Positions 1 to 11,138 of a DNA stretch of 64,000 bases are shown here, piece by piece. The notes below the pieces were generated by a model. That model was not told the origin of the DNA, made no database searches, and saw only the letters and a program-made list of their open reading frames with translations. Source of the DNA: Carpediemonas membranifera BICM (Eukaryota > Protista > Fornicata); assembly GCA_019828565.1 (NCBI GenBank), contig JAHDYR010000066.1, positions 124,001-188,000 on the forward strand, read 5' to 3'. Position 1 is the first letter of the stretch; every line of letters begins with the position of its first letter. Made by a program: the position numbers and the translations under genes.

Positions 1-2254
1 GAATACGCCCGCACCGTCGACTGCGGCGACCGTCTCCGCGTCGGCGGCAAGGTGCTCGTCAACTACTACGACAATGACATCCTCGTCGACCAGCTCCCCG
101 CCAAGTTCAAGCGCGAGCTGGCCGAGCGTGACGGCAAGCTTTTCATGGTCAACGCCCCCGCCATCAACCGCTCCGTCAAGCTCTCCCCCGAGAAGATCTC
201 GACTGCTCTCATGGCCGCCTTCTTCCGCGTCCAGGAGCTGCCCCAGCTCTCCGTCGACGACTCGATGCGCCTCTACATGAACGAGGTCAAGAACACCTTC
301 AAGAACGACCTCAAGAAGCTGACCCCCAACCTCAAGGTCATCGAGATGCTCCAGGAGAACCCCGATCTCATCCAGGAGGTCACATATGACAAGGAGGCCT
401 GGCTCAATGCCACGGACGCCACCGAGGAGATCGCGATCGGCGACGTCATGGAGCGCTACAACAACCTGCCCCGCTCCCAGTGGAACACCGTCTGGCAGGG
501 CACCGTCGGCAAGGCCTTCAAGGCCACCCGCGCCCCTGACCTCAAGGTCTCCCAGATGCTCCCCTTCGGCATGACCCCTGTCGGCACGTCCCAGCTCAAC
601 CAGGACGGTGTAGCCCAGCAGGTGCCCGACTGGTCTGCCGAGAACTGCATCGAGTGCCTCCGCTGCGTCGTCTCGTGCCCCCACTCGGCCATCCGACCCG
701 TCATCTTCCGTGAGGGCGATGCCCGCGTCGATGCCCACAACGCCAACCTCCCCGAGGGCGCCAAGCCCTTCCAGTCGATCCCCTTCATCAAAAAGTACGC
801 CAAGAAGCTCGAGCTCCAGGACCACCAGTTCCGCATCCAGGTCGCCCCCAACGGCTGCGTCGGCTGCGGTGTGTGCCAGCAGGAGTGCCCTGCCGACGCC
901 ATCTCGATGCCCCTCGACCGCACCCAGATCGAGGCCTCCATGCACGAGCAGGCCAACTGGGATCTGGCCATGGAGCTCGGCGTGCCCGACTTCCCGGCCC
1001 CTGCCCCCGCTTCTGAGACCAAGCAGATCGACCTCGTCAAGACCGCTGTCAAGAAGCCCCTCTACGAGTTCTCCGGTGGTACGTACCAACCCCCTTTACT
1101 GTTACACAGCTTGCGCCGGCTGCGGCGAGACCCCCTACATCAAGCTCCTCACCCAAGTCCTTGGCGAGCGCCTCCTCATTGCTGGCGCCACAGGTTGCTC
1201 TTCTGTCATTACAGCCTCCTACCCCTTCTCGGCCCTCACCACCGACGGCGAGGGCCGCGGCCCCGCCTGGTCCCGCTCGCTGTTCGAGAACAACGCCGAG
1301 CACGGCCTGGGCATGGCGTACACCGTGTCGTACCGCCGTAACCAGATCGCCCGCATGATGACGTCGATGCTGACCGACTCCCGCTCCCTCCTCAACGACA
1401 AGCTCGCTGAGGCCTTTGAGCAGTGGCTGGCCGGCAAGGAGGACCCCGAGGAGTCCGCCCGCCTGTGCCCCATCATCAAGGAGATGTGCCAGAGGAACCT
1501 GACGTCCGACACGACGATGTCGTCCCGCCACTATTCCACGGCCTACCGCTACCTGCAGCACATCCTCCGCTTCGCCGACTTCCTGCCCAAGATCTCCGTC
1601 TGGACCATCGGCGGTGACGGCTGGGCCTACGACATCGGCTACGCTGGTATCGATCACGTGCTCTGCAACACCGAGCCCGTCAAGATCCTCGTCCTCGACA
1701 ACGAGCAGTACTCCAACACTGGCGGCCAGCTGTCCCACGCCGCGCCCCCCGGTGTCGTCGGCTCCCTCACTGCCGCCGGCAAGGACAACCACAAGAAGGA
1801 CCTCGGTCTCATCGCCATGTCCCACCGCAACGCCTACGTCGCCTCCATCGCCATGGGCGCCGACCCCGTCCACGCCCTCCGCTGCATCAAGGAGGCCGAG
1901 GCCTTCGACGGTCCCGCCATCATCCTGGCTCTGGCGTCATGCAAGGACTGGCGCATCCAGCACGGCCTGTCCCGCTCCCAGAAGGCGCAGAAGGACGCCG
2001 TCGAGGCCGGCTACTGGCCCCTGTACAGCTACAACCCCGACCGCGCCGAGCCCCTCGAACTGCACCAGGCCGGCGTCGACACTGAGAAGCTTGATTCCTT
2101 CCTCGCCTCCCAGGGCCGTTTCAACCAGATGCGTAAGAACACCATCGACGAGCGCAAGAAGATTGCCGAGCTTAAGAGGAGACTTCACGAGAGTGTCGAG
2201 TGGAAGCTGGAGATGCTCAAGCGTTTCCAGCGCGAGGACGCCAAGAAGGAGTAG
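1..2254 (+). CDS. PFO: Pyruvate:ferredoxin oxidoreductase, 5'-truncated by window edge; 31-nt intron 1079-1109
   Basis: Two 4Fe-4S motifs (CIECLRCVVSCP, CVGCGVCQQECP), ATGCSS, and TPP motif GGDGWAYDIG..LDNEQYSNTGGQ. Removing GTACGT..TTACACAG (1079-1109) joins ORFs 52 and 710 and restores FEFSGACAGCGETPY-type sequence (here YEFSGACAGCGETPY). Confidence 0.96.
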
Positions 2255-2349
2255 ATCGTAACGTAAATGAATATGCTTTTTCTGTCTGTCTGCTGGACAC
2301 TGTGAGCCGCGGTTGCTTCACAACGCAGTTTTAGGGAGAACGCCGAAAC

Positions 2350-2960
2350 ATGGCAGATCGGCAGTTGACGTCCCAAATCTCCGCTCATGCGGCCACAGAG
2401 TTTATTGAGTGCATGATCGAGAAGTTTGTATGTCTTTAACCACGTCACATAGTGTGCTATACGAACGAGGCGTATTGCAGCCCAACTCGTTCACTAAGAA
2501 GAAGCAGTATGACTTGAACGTGTATACCATTACTAGCGGGCAAATTAAGCAGTACGTGGCGTCTATCATGTCTGCTGTCGAGGCGGCACTTGCCTCGAAT
2601 GCGTTACGAAAGGTCATCCTCCTCATCGCCAACGTCTGCACCCTGGTGCCCCTCGAACGCTGGGAGTTCACCATCGACACTGTCTCGGCATCGAAGGACA
2701 AGCCCATGAAGACGATCCATGCTGAGATGCAAGGCCCTGCGCGGCAGGTGCGGACGTACGCCGTCACACTGCCGATCAGGGACGTGCCCTGCAGCTTTGA
2801 TGTTCAGCTGGAGACCCTGGAGGACCATACCGGGGGCAGCGGGTGGTCCGAGGTGCGGGGCGGGAGGGGGGTCGAGGTGCCTGGGGAAGAGCTGCCGCTC
2901 AAAGGAATCAGCACGGGAATCCACGGTGTCGACGTGCGCGTGGTGTATTTCGACGAATGA
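2350..2960 (+). CDS. MAD2: MAD2 HORMA-domain spindle checkpoint protein; 29-nt intron 2424-2452
   Basis: Spliced product MADRQLTSQISAHAATEFIECMIENVLYERGV..PLERWEFTID..CSFDVQL..ISTGIHGVD matches the MAD2 pattern. Intron GTTTGT..CATAG fixes the frame. Confidence 0.8.
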
Positions 2961-3141
2961 AGTGTGTGGCCGCAGAACTTGCCCTGATAAAACGCTCGTC
3001 GTGGATTGGAACTCACGGGAGTGTGGTTTTGCAACGATGCGTGGCCTCATGCGCTTCGCCCTCATCCTGCTTCTTCTACTCGCCTCGTGAGAATTTCGCA
3101 GCTTTGCCGACGAGCATCCCTTCAACATCAAGCAACTTATC

Positions 3142-3921
3142 ATGGCTGGAACGATGCCCCAGTCACCAGCAAAAATGACTATGGTTCCCCGGGAGGTAGA
3201 TTTGGGCGGAACAAATGTGAAGCTGTTCACACTGGAGGACAAGCGCGATTTCCTCGAGCGCACGAAGGAGAAGATCCAAGAGCGCGATCGGAAGGAACAA
3301 GAGTTCCGCACAAAGAGCAGCGGCTCGCGGATGATGTCGAGGCTCCATACCCGCCGCTTCGACGATGGAGAAATCGATCCCGACGTTGAGAAGGCGCTCA
3401 AGCAGACCGGATTCGCCCACAAGCAGCGCTCATACTCCAACTACAACCCCCTCCCACCCAAACCGAAATACGCCGAGGACGTACCACGGCCGAAGGAGTT
3501 TGTTTCAGCATTCCACCAAGAGGACGGCCAGACGATGAAGCTCAAGGCGGCGCTCGACCTGTCCATCCAGGACCACACGGCGGTGTTCAAGGAGAAGAGC
3601 CAGCACTCGTTCCGACCAGACAACTACGGCCCCGCCCCGGGAAAGGGCGACTTCGCCATCCGCCTCAACCGCATCAAGGAGTTTGAACGTCCCGTGGCCG
3701 ACAGCGAGTTCGACCGGTTCAATCCGAGCCAGACGTTCAAGTACGCCCCCATCCCGGAGCCGCCGAAGCCCCGTACGAGGCCACCAGAGAAGGGCCTGGG
3801 CATGCACCCAGCGACGTGTGCCCCTGTGGAGCATGCCACTGGGTTCGTCAACTCGTTCAAGCTTCCAGACCGGCAGCACCGCATCTCCGGCGAGAAGTTC
3901 GACCACCTCGACTCCCACTGA
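3142..3921 (+). CDS. Hypothetical protein, 259 aa
   Basis: Long ATG-initiated ORF with host-like codon usage; no recognisable domain. Confidence 0.7.
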   Translation: MAGTMPQSPAKMTMVPREVDLGGTNVKLFTLEDKRDFLERTKEKIQERDRKEQEFRTKSSGSRMMSRLHTRRFDDGEIDPDVEKALKQTGFAHKQRSYSNYNPLPPKPKYAEDVPRPKEFVSAFHQEDGQTMKLKAALDLSIQDHTAVFKEKSQHSFRPDNYGPAPGKGDFAIRLNRIKEFERPVADSEFDRFNPSQTFKYAPIPEPPKPRTRPPEKGLGMHPATCAPVEHATGFVNSFKLPDRQHRISGEKFDHLDSH

Positions 3922-4231
3922 ATGTAACAATGATAGGATCACTTGTAAAGCTCCCTGTGTCGGCGGTGTTTGGTATTTATGCTATATGTACTATATAGAT
4001 GGACATGGACAGATATGGACTCGGATTACGAGCAGGGGCGCATTGAATACAGCATTCCTGTTATAGAAAGGTGAGGCAGACTTTCGAATCGGAAGGTCGA
4101 CCAAAAGGCAGCAGGATGCTTGGGAGCGTTGGATGTGCCATGCTGATACTCTAGATCCCGCAGATACGATTACATATTTAGGATACATTCCTGTCTCATA
4201 GCCCCGCGAGCCACCAATATAGCCTCAACAA

Positions 4232-4894
4232 ATGGAGGCTGATGCGCCAAATGAAGAAGCTCCTGATACTCCAGTAGCTTCATTAGAGAACCTTGCAACT
4301 TTAGAGAACGTCTTGGCGGACCTTCGCTTAGAAGAGGGCTTAAAGTTGGCGATGCAACAAACAATCCCACTTGGCGTCCAGCTTCCGCTAAATCCAGAAG
4401 AGATGTCCCCACCGCTCACCTCCTTGTCGCAGTATCCCTTCTGGTCGGACAAGAAGGCCCTCGACGAGACCTTCCAACGACAGTGGGTCCCACTCCTGCA
4501 GCCATACGTCGACACCGACAAACCTGTTCCCGCGGACATCGTCACGAAGCTCGGGGACATCTTCCTGATGATGAAGCAGACGTACTGCCTCTTCGACACG
4601 GACCCGTGCCCCGACTCGCCCCTCGGCACGCTGTTCATCAACGCACCCCACGGGAAGACGTCCGCCATATCCACAGCATGGTCCGAGGCATCGTCTCCGG
4701 AGGGCAGCGTGACGCTCATTGACCTGTCCAACGTCGAGGAGGAGGAAGTGGTGAGCTCCCTGGGCGTAGACGTCGAGGTCCTGTCCGTGGACGACATCGA
4801 GTCCTACGGCATGACGATGCCGTCCGCCAACCCCATGAGCGCCGCCCTGATGGAGTCTGATGAGTTCTCGAGCAACTCCGAGGACGACCTCTGA
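4232..4894 (+). CDS. Hypothetical acidic protein, about 220 aa; 5' exons uncertain
   Basis: ORF with host-like codon bias in its 3' part. Confidence 0.6.
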   Translation: MEADAPNEEAPDTPVASLENLATLENVLADLRLEEGLKLAMQQTIPLGVQLPLNPEEMSPPLTSLSQYPFWSDKKALDETFQRQWVPLLQPYVDTDKPVPADIVTKLGDIFLMMKQTYCLFDTDPCPDSPLGTLFINAPHGKTSAISTAWSEASSPEGSVTLIDLSNVEEEEVVSSLGVDVEVLSVDDIESYGMTMPSANPMSAALMESDEFSSNSEDDL

Positions 4895-5194
4895 GCCTCG
4901 ACCCTCCCATGTATACTAATATTGCTGCAGCCATGTATAAACCTGAAGTATATCATCTCATCAGTAAGAAGGTGGTCAGCTTGATAAATCACCTAAACTT
5001 GTCCGCGTTGCCGTGGCCGTCCTGAGTCGGCCGAACCTGTGCCCCCTGCCGGCACAGCACACGTCTGGCGTCTTTGCTCGGGCGTGGATGTCTGCGTGTG
5101 TGCGGGTTGATCCCCGACGATCGTTATATAAGTGGTAAATCGCGGCTGCAACAGAAGCAGACGAACACTTGGCGCCGTTGTTGCCTATTGTAAC

Positions 5195-7747
5195 ATGCCC
5201 ACGAATAGCAATGGACATGGATCACATATTGGAGGGACTCTTGGCACGAACTATGCGAAATTGCTCGACGCTCGCTTTGCATCAGGCCCGATAGAAGTTG
5301 TTGACCTTATAACTGGCTGTCGAGCGTCCATACGGTCCCTATCCGAGTTGGATATGCGTGAATACCGCACAGACGATGGCATTGAGATCGAACGAGTGAC
5401 GAAATATCAAGCGCTCATCGACGGAATTCATTTCGTCGACATTCCCCGAGAGGCGCCTTCTAAACCCAAGAAAGTCGCGTCACAGGGTCACGAGCGGGTC
5501 ACCTCGGGGTTTGTTGCCATTGAGCTGGACTACGACGCCTCAACCGACAGCGACGAGTCCTTCACGACCCCACCCACATCGCTGAGGGGCAGCCCCGTGG
5601 ATATGAAGCCGATGTTCGACGCGACGTCAGGCGAGCCGTACCACAGCCCGCCCAGGAACCACAAGAAGCGGTGGGCGAACAACAGCCAGTCGCTGAACAC
5701 CATCTGCGGCAACGACTCCGACTTCGCCTTCTTGGACGCACCGCAGACGGCCAACGGTCTCGAGCTAGTGGCACTGGATGAAGAGAGCGACGACAACCTG
5801 CCGAGGGCCGAGCGGCCGATTCCCACGCCCCGCACCCGGGAGAGAGAGGCGACGGTGCCGACCCAGGAGACGCCCCTGAAGCACGGGTACGACGCCAGCC
5901 CGACCAGATCGACCGAGCGGAGGCCGAAACGGACCCCGATGCTGTTTGACTCGCCGCTGCTCCCGTCGACAGGGCCAACCCCGAAGGCGATGCGGCGGTC
6001 AACTGCGGTGGCGTTCGGCCGCACGTTTGACCCGACGGAGAGCCCGTACACACCTCCCATGGGCAGTAGGGGCGACCTGAAGCCCCCAGGTCTGGACCAG
6101 TCGGGCATCGCGACCGCAAAGTTAGACCCTGCCAGCTACTCGAATTCACCAGTGGTCGCGGCCGGCCGGCCCGTGAGCCCGCTGACGCCAGAGGAGCAGT
6201 ACTCCGCGACCGAGCGGACTGCAACCCCGGGCATGGCGGCTGGGGCAGACGTCAGCCGCACAATGCTCGCCGGGGCCCTCCAGCGGCACCGGCAGGTGCT
6301 GAATGGAGCCACCCCCAGCCGGATCAAACCGCGGGTCCCGCTGTCCTCGGCGACGCCCAAGACCAGGGGCCGCGGGTTCGGGTCAGTGTCCGTTGCCGGG
6401 GGTGGGGTTGGCCGGCCGAGCGACGTGGCCAGTGTTGTGTCGACGAGGTCGGTACGAGTGCCCGCCCGGAGCCGGTTCGACGAGAGGGCCCGGGTAGACC
6501 ACTATCGGTCCCCACAGCCCGTCCGGGGCGAGTACGGGCTGACGACGTCATTGTACACGGGGCCAGACGTCGACAACCCCAGGCGGCAGTACGCCAAGCC
6601 GTGGTTGGCCAAGCCCAAGACCACCCCGCTGAAGAAGGAGCCCCGGCGGCCCAAGACCTCGGCGGCCCGGCCCCAGCCGAGGGCGACGACGGCCTATCAC
6701 ACGCCCGTCACCCGACCCAGAACGGCCAGCACCGTCAGCGGGTTGAAGACGCCGTCGTCCATGGCGGAGGTGAAGCAGCGTGCACGAGCAGTGAGCCACA
6801 GCAAGCACAACACGTCCACACCGACCGGGCCTGCGGTAAACCCAGCCGTCGCCCGCCGCATCCAGCACGCGAGGTCGATGACAGCAGAGCTGACCGAGAT
6901 GCCCGAGCCCGAACACGATCCGCGACCCCCGTCGTCGCTGTCAGGCATGGTGGATGAGGGCCGTGGGTCGGTGCTGACCGCGCGAAACCTGCACCGACTG
7001 AATGGGTCGGATGGCATGCACGACTGGTCATCCACGGAGAGCGAAACGGAGCTCGTGACCTTTGACTCGAGGCTCGAGCCGGTGCCCGAGACGGAGAGCG
7101 ACGAGGATGTCTCGAACGGCGACATCATGGCGTCGTCCGGGAAGCTCACGACGCCCAGGGCAGCCCAGCCGGACGTCGATGAGGTCGATCCCCAGCAGGT
7201 CGACGTTTCCCCGATCAGGACCCCCGTGCAGCAGACGCCCAAGGCCAAGAGCCCCCCTGCCGAGCCGAGCCCCGCCCCGACATCGCCCAGAGAGCACCAC
7301 GCGCCCGCCCGGTCCCAGCCAGACCTGAGGCCGGACCACACGATCATCATGGACTCCTTGGCCCGTGGGCGGACTGTGTTCAAGCGGCAGCCAGACACAC
7401 TATTCAAGAAGCGGCAGTACAAGAAGCGCGGCCTGATCCTGACCGACGCCGGTCTCGCCTGGGCTGAGGAGAAGGGCAAGCCGAAGTCTATCGCATACAT
7501 GGACGTCCTCCGCGTGCTCTTGGGGCGGCCGGCGTGCGACCTCCAGGGCGTGTCGTCCGACGTCATCACGAAGGTCACTGGGGATCGCGCCGACTTCGAC
7601 TGCGTGCTGTCGCTCGTCGGGCGGAAGCGGGACCTCGACCTCATCATCCCCAATCAGATGATTGACGTTGGTGGGTTTGAGATGACGATCGGGCGGGCGC
7701 TTGCGCTGCTGGTGAGCAAGAAGGCCGGCGTCGTCATTGCTCAGTGA
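5195..7747 (+). CDS. Low-complexity S/T/P-rich protein with a C-terminal PH-like domain
   Basis: About 850-aa ORF. C-terminus GRTVFKR..KRGLILTDAGLAWAE..SIAYMDVLRVLLGR..LSLVGRKRDLDL resembles PLC/Mcp5-type PH domains. Confidence 0.7.
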   Translation: MPTNSNGHGSHIGGTLGTNYAKLLDARFASGPIEVVDLITGCRASIRSLSELDMREYRTDDGIEIERVTKYQALIDGIHFVDIPREAPSKPKKVASQGHERVTSGFVAIELDYDASTDSDESFTTPPTSLRGSPVDMKPMFDATSGEPYHSPPRNHKKRWANNSQSLNTICGNDSDFAFLDAPQTANGLELVALDEESDDNLPRAERPIPTPRTREREATVPTQETPLKHGYDASPTRSTERRPKRTPMLFDSPLLPSTGPTPKAMRRSTAVAFGRTFDPTESPYTPPMGSRGDLKPPGLDQSGIATAKLDPASYSNSPVVAAGRPVSPLTPEEQYSATERTATPGMAAGADVSRTMLAGALQRHRQVLNGATPSRIKPRVPLSSATPKTRGRGFGSVSVAGGGVGRPSDVASVVSTRSVRVPARSRFDERARVDHYRSPQPVRGEYGLTTSLYTGPDVDNPRRQYAKPWLAKPKTTPLKKEPRRPKTSAARPQPRATTAYHTPVTRPRTASTVSGLKTPSSMAEVKQRARAVSHSKHNTSTPTGPAVNPAVARRIQHARSMTAELTEMPEPEHDPRPPSSLSGMVDEGRGSVLTARNLHRLNGSDGMHDWSSTESETELVTFDSRLEPVPETESDEDVSNGDIMASSGKLTTPRAAQPDVDEVDPQQVDVSPIRTPVQQTPKAKSPPAEPSPAPTSPREHHAPARSQPDLRPDHTIIMDSLARGRTVFKRQPDTLFKKRQYKKRGLILTDAGLAWAEEKGKPKSIAYMDVLRVLLGRPACDLQGVSSDVITKVTGDRADFDCVLSLVGRKRDLDLIIPNQMIDVGGFEMTIGRALALLVSKKAGVVIAQ

Positions 7748-7859
7748 GGAGCGGGCGGTGCATGCACGCGTCAACAGGCATTATCGATTTACGTTGGTTA
7801 TAAATTCTGACGAAAGGAGGGCTTTATGTACAGTACAGCGGGCAGGGTAGCATACATCC

Positions 7860-9198
7860 TCAGTCGGCCGCCAGGTAGTTCGCCTCGAACTCCGCCAGCT
7901 GCTCGGCGCGCTGCTGACGCAGGTCGGCGGTGCGCGCTGCCATTCGCCGCTCAAGCGCCTGGCGCTGCTCGCGGATGCGGGCGAGCTCCGCCTTCTTCGC
8001 CTCGATGCGCGTGCTGTTGGCCTCGCGCTTCCGTGTCAGCGCCGCGGTCAGCTCGGCGCGCTTGCGGACGCACGTCTCGCGCTCCTGGGTCATCAGGCCG
8101 AGGAGCACGGGGACCTGCTTCACCAGCCGCGACAGCGCCTCGGTGTCGTTGTTCACGCGCAGCACGCCGGCCTTGAGCGCCTCGACATCGTGCGCGGACC
8201 CGAGCGGCATGGCGAGCATGTCGCCCGGCTCGACCTCCTCCGCGGCGACGCCGATGCCGAGGTCGGCCACGAGCTCTGGCTCTGGCTCTGGTTCCTGCCG
8301 CTGCTTCGCACTCTGCCGGCCGGCCTTGCGCGACGGGGGCGGGCGTCGGGCGGACTGGGGGCGGGCTGCCCGGTGCTGCCGGACCGCCTGCGCCTCCTGC
8401 GCGGGCGCCTCAGGCTCGGGCTCGGCGGGCTTGTGCTCGCGGTGCTCCTTGCGGGCCTCGGCCTTCTCGTGCCGCTCCTTCCTCTCCTTGCGCTCAGGGG
8501 CGGGCTCCTTCTCGGGCGCCGGCTCCTTGTGTGGCCGCTTCTCGTCGTCGGGCTTCTTCTCCTTGGGGCGCTCCTTGTGTTCGGTCTTCTCAGCCTTCTT
8601 CTCAACCTTCTTCTCGGGGGCCTTCTCGGCCTTCTTGGGCGACTTCTCGTCCTTCGCCTTCGCGGGTCTCTCATTCGGCTTGTCGGTCTTCGGCTTGTCG
8701 GTCTTAGGTTTGTCCGCGGGTTTCTTCTCCTTCTTCTCTGGCTTCTCGGCCTTCTTCTCGGGCTCCTTCTTGGCCTCGCCTTCGCGCGCCTTGGCTCCAA
8801 GGTCGCAGAAGAACTGGAAGAGCGTCTGCTCGTCGCACTTGCCCGAGATCGCCGCCTTGGCGAACGCGGAGACGTCGTCTGAGGCGGCGTCGGGGTACAC
8901 GTCCTTGTAGAGCCCGCGGATGAACTTCTTCTTCAGCGACGAGTCTGCCTTCATCTCCTCGGCGCCGGGGGCGTCCACGGAGGGGAATTTCCGGCCGTTA
9001 GTGGCGCAGCTGTCCTGAATGGCGGACGAGATGGCGGAAAAGAGCGCGATCGGGCTGGATAAGCGAGGTGCGTAGTGATACGAACGGTCTCTTCAGTTTG
9101 GAGCCCACTTTCGAGGGCTTACCGTCGCTGTCCTCGATTTTAACGGCATCAACCAATCCCCGCAGCGCGGCGAGCACGTCTTCTATCGCTAGGGGCAT
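7860..9198 (-). CDS. IFT54: IFT54/TRAF3IP1/MIP-T3-like intraflagellar transport protein, copy 1; 31-nt intron 9055-9085
   Basis: Spliced N-terminus KLKRPPIALFSAISSAI resembles the LLSKPPFRYLHDII CH-domain start. KE-rich linker, RPQSARRPPP (cf. RPGSARPAPP), C-terminal coiled coil. Confidence 0.65.
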
Positions 9199-9449
9199 CG
9201 TAGTATTTTGGCCGAAAATTACGTGTCACCTCGCCGCATGTATACGGCCCCTGCCGCAGCCCCGGTGTTCCCCGCGGCCAGAGACTTCCCCTGCGGTGCG
9301 AGCTCGAGGCCAACCGCGTCTCGCCCGATCGACGCGCAACCGATGTGATGCAACGACACCAGCTGTCCGAGCGGGGCCACGCGAATGCATACGGCTGGCC
9401 GGGGAGCGCAGCCGGCGGCGCACTTTTTGGCCACGCCGGAGATGGCAGA

Positions 9450-10201
9450 ATGTTCAGCCAGTCGCGAAGCCAGCAATACGGCGCGTCGCAATAGTATGTC
9501 ACTCTCCAGCACCTCACAGCAGCACAAACACGTACACACAGGGCGCAGCGCTGCTCCCGGCGCGCGAGAACCGCGTCCAGGTGCCTTTCCAGCCCAGCGG
9601 CTTCGTGCAGAAGCCCCCTGGCGGTCTCATGAGGCAAAGCAGCGCCGTGACGCAGAAGACCGCCATCCGAACCGCACCGGCGCCGCCCGCGGCCTCGTCG
9701 GACCTGTACTTCATCAAGGTCGCGCTGCAGGAGAACGTCAAGCAGCTCCGCGACCTCGAGAAGCAGATCACGGCCGTCCAGCCGGTCGAGCCGTCGCAGG
9801 GCCTCGCGCCCATCGAGGCGTCTCTCGAGACCTTGCGCTCCGCCGTCGAGGGCCTTGGCGCTGCGCTCGGCCAGCAGGAGGCGGGCATGCACGCCCAATA
9901 CCGCGCCATGGACGACGCCCTCGCGGCGCTGCAGACCCAGCAGGCCGGGCTCGCGACCACGCTCGAGGCACGCGTGGGGGCGCTCGAGACGCTGCTGCGT
10001 GAGGTCGCCGAGCAGGGCAGACCCGAGCCCGTCGTCACCGGCGACATGGCCGTGCAGACGGACCCAGCGCCGCGGGAGACGCCGCGGCGGAGGGTCAAGG
10101 AGGAGGCGGTGACGCCCATCAAGAAGCGCCACCGGCAGCGCGTGTCGGCAAAGCCGCGTGCTGCGAGGTCGCCACCAGCGTTCGACATCTTCTCGCTGTA
10201 G
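9450..10201 (+). CDS. Coiled-coil protein with SQ/TQ-rich N-terminus and basic C-terminus, copy 1; 26-nt intron 9494-9519
   Basis: MFSQSRSQQYGASQY|STNTYTQ after removing GTATGT..CACAG. Central heptad repeats, DMAVQTD, TP/SP sites, KKRHR. Confidence 0.7.
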
Positions 10202-10322
10202 CCGTTCTAAACCGCACCGGGCGCAGCCTTGATTTGCGAGATTTCTAGATTTGCAAGATACGATTCGGTCTAGACACTGTGACGTTACATCGTGACAGTG
10301 CAACAAACCACAAAACAAAGCG

Positions 10323-11003
10323 ATGCTTTCCGTCCTTAGACAGGCGCTGAGCGCGTTCCCTTCGCCCCTTTCGCCGGGCCATGCCTTCGACGCGCCGGAT
10401 CCGCGCACATCGCTCTCAATTCAGACAGTCGCTTCCTGCTTTGCCGCCCGCAACCTCCAGATACACCTGCCACAGACGCAGTTCTTCCAGCAGACCACCG
10501 CGGTCGATCGCATCTCCCGAATCCTGGACCGCCACGGCCACAGTGTCCAGCAGCTCTCGTTGACACCGTCCACCGTCTGCGACGAGTTCGAGATCGAGGG
10601 CCGCGTGTGCACGGTCGCCGCGACGATCCACGGGCAGACGCGGGCCAACGTCCCCATCATCATCATGGCCCCAGAGCAGTTCAGCGCGGCCTGGCGCGTC
10701 GTCGTCACGATGGCGATGCTGGCGCTCGACTCGGCTGAGGCGATCGTGGTCTACCGGGAGACCTGCAACCTCAACTCCATCGAGATCTTCACCGCCAGCC
10801 TCCAGTACGACTGGCTGAAGCACCGCCGCGCGCTGCTCTTCAAGCTCTCGTTCTTCGGCAGCGAGGCCCACACCGACGCCGAGGAGGAGCGCGAGCACGA
10901 GGCCCTGAAGGCTATGGCGTGCGACGTGTTCAGCCACACGCTCGTCACGAATGTCATCGAGCCGCGCCGCGAGGTCTTCCCCCGCAAGCCCGCCAACCTC
11001 TGA
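10323..11003 (+). CDS. Hypothetical protein, 226 aa, copy 1
   Basis: ATG ORF with strong host codon bias. Confidence 0.65.
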   Translation: MLSVLRQALSAFPSPLSPGHAFDAPDPRTSLSIQTVASCFAARNLQIHLPQTQFFQQTTAVDRISRILDRHGHSVQQLSLTPSTVCDEFEIEGRVCTVAATIHGQTRANVPIIIMAPEQFSAAWRVVVTMAMLALDSAEAIVVYRETCNLNSIEIFTASLQYDWLKHRRALLFKLSFFGSEAHTDAEEEREHEALKAMACDVFSHTLVTNVIEPRREVFPRKPANL

Positions 11004-11138
11004 TCCTGTACCATAAATGACTAGAAACCGCGGGGTGCGGGGGGCTGTGGTGGGTGCCTTACGGCCTCGTGCACCTTGCGACTGCTGCCAAGTTGCTGAA
11101 CTTTTAGCAACGAGCCTTTGTGGGACACATCCAGCATA

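Larger units (their letters stand above)
7552..11049. repeat. Left arm of a 3.5-kb near-identical inverted segmental duplication
   Basis: Reverse complement matches 24112-27616, with 7552 pairing to 27616 and 11049 to 24112. Differences seen: two in-frame indels, three homopolymer indels, at least one SNP. Confidence 0.97.
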
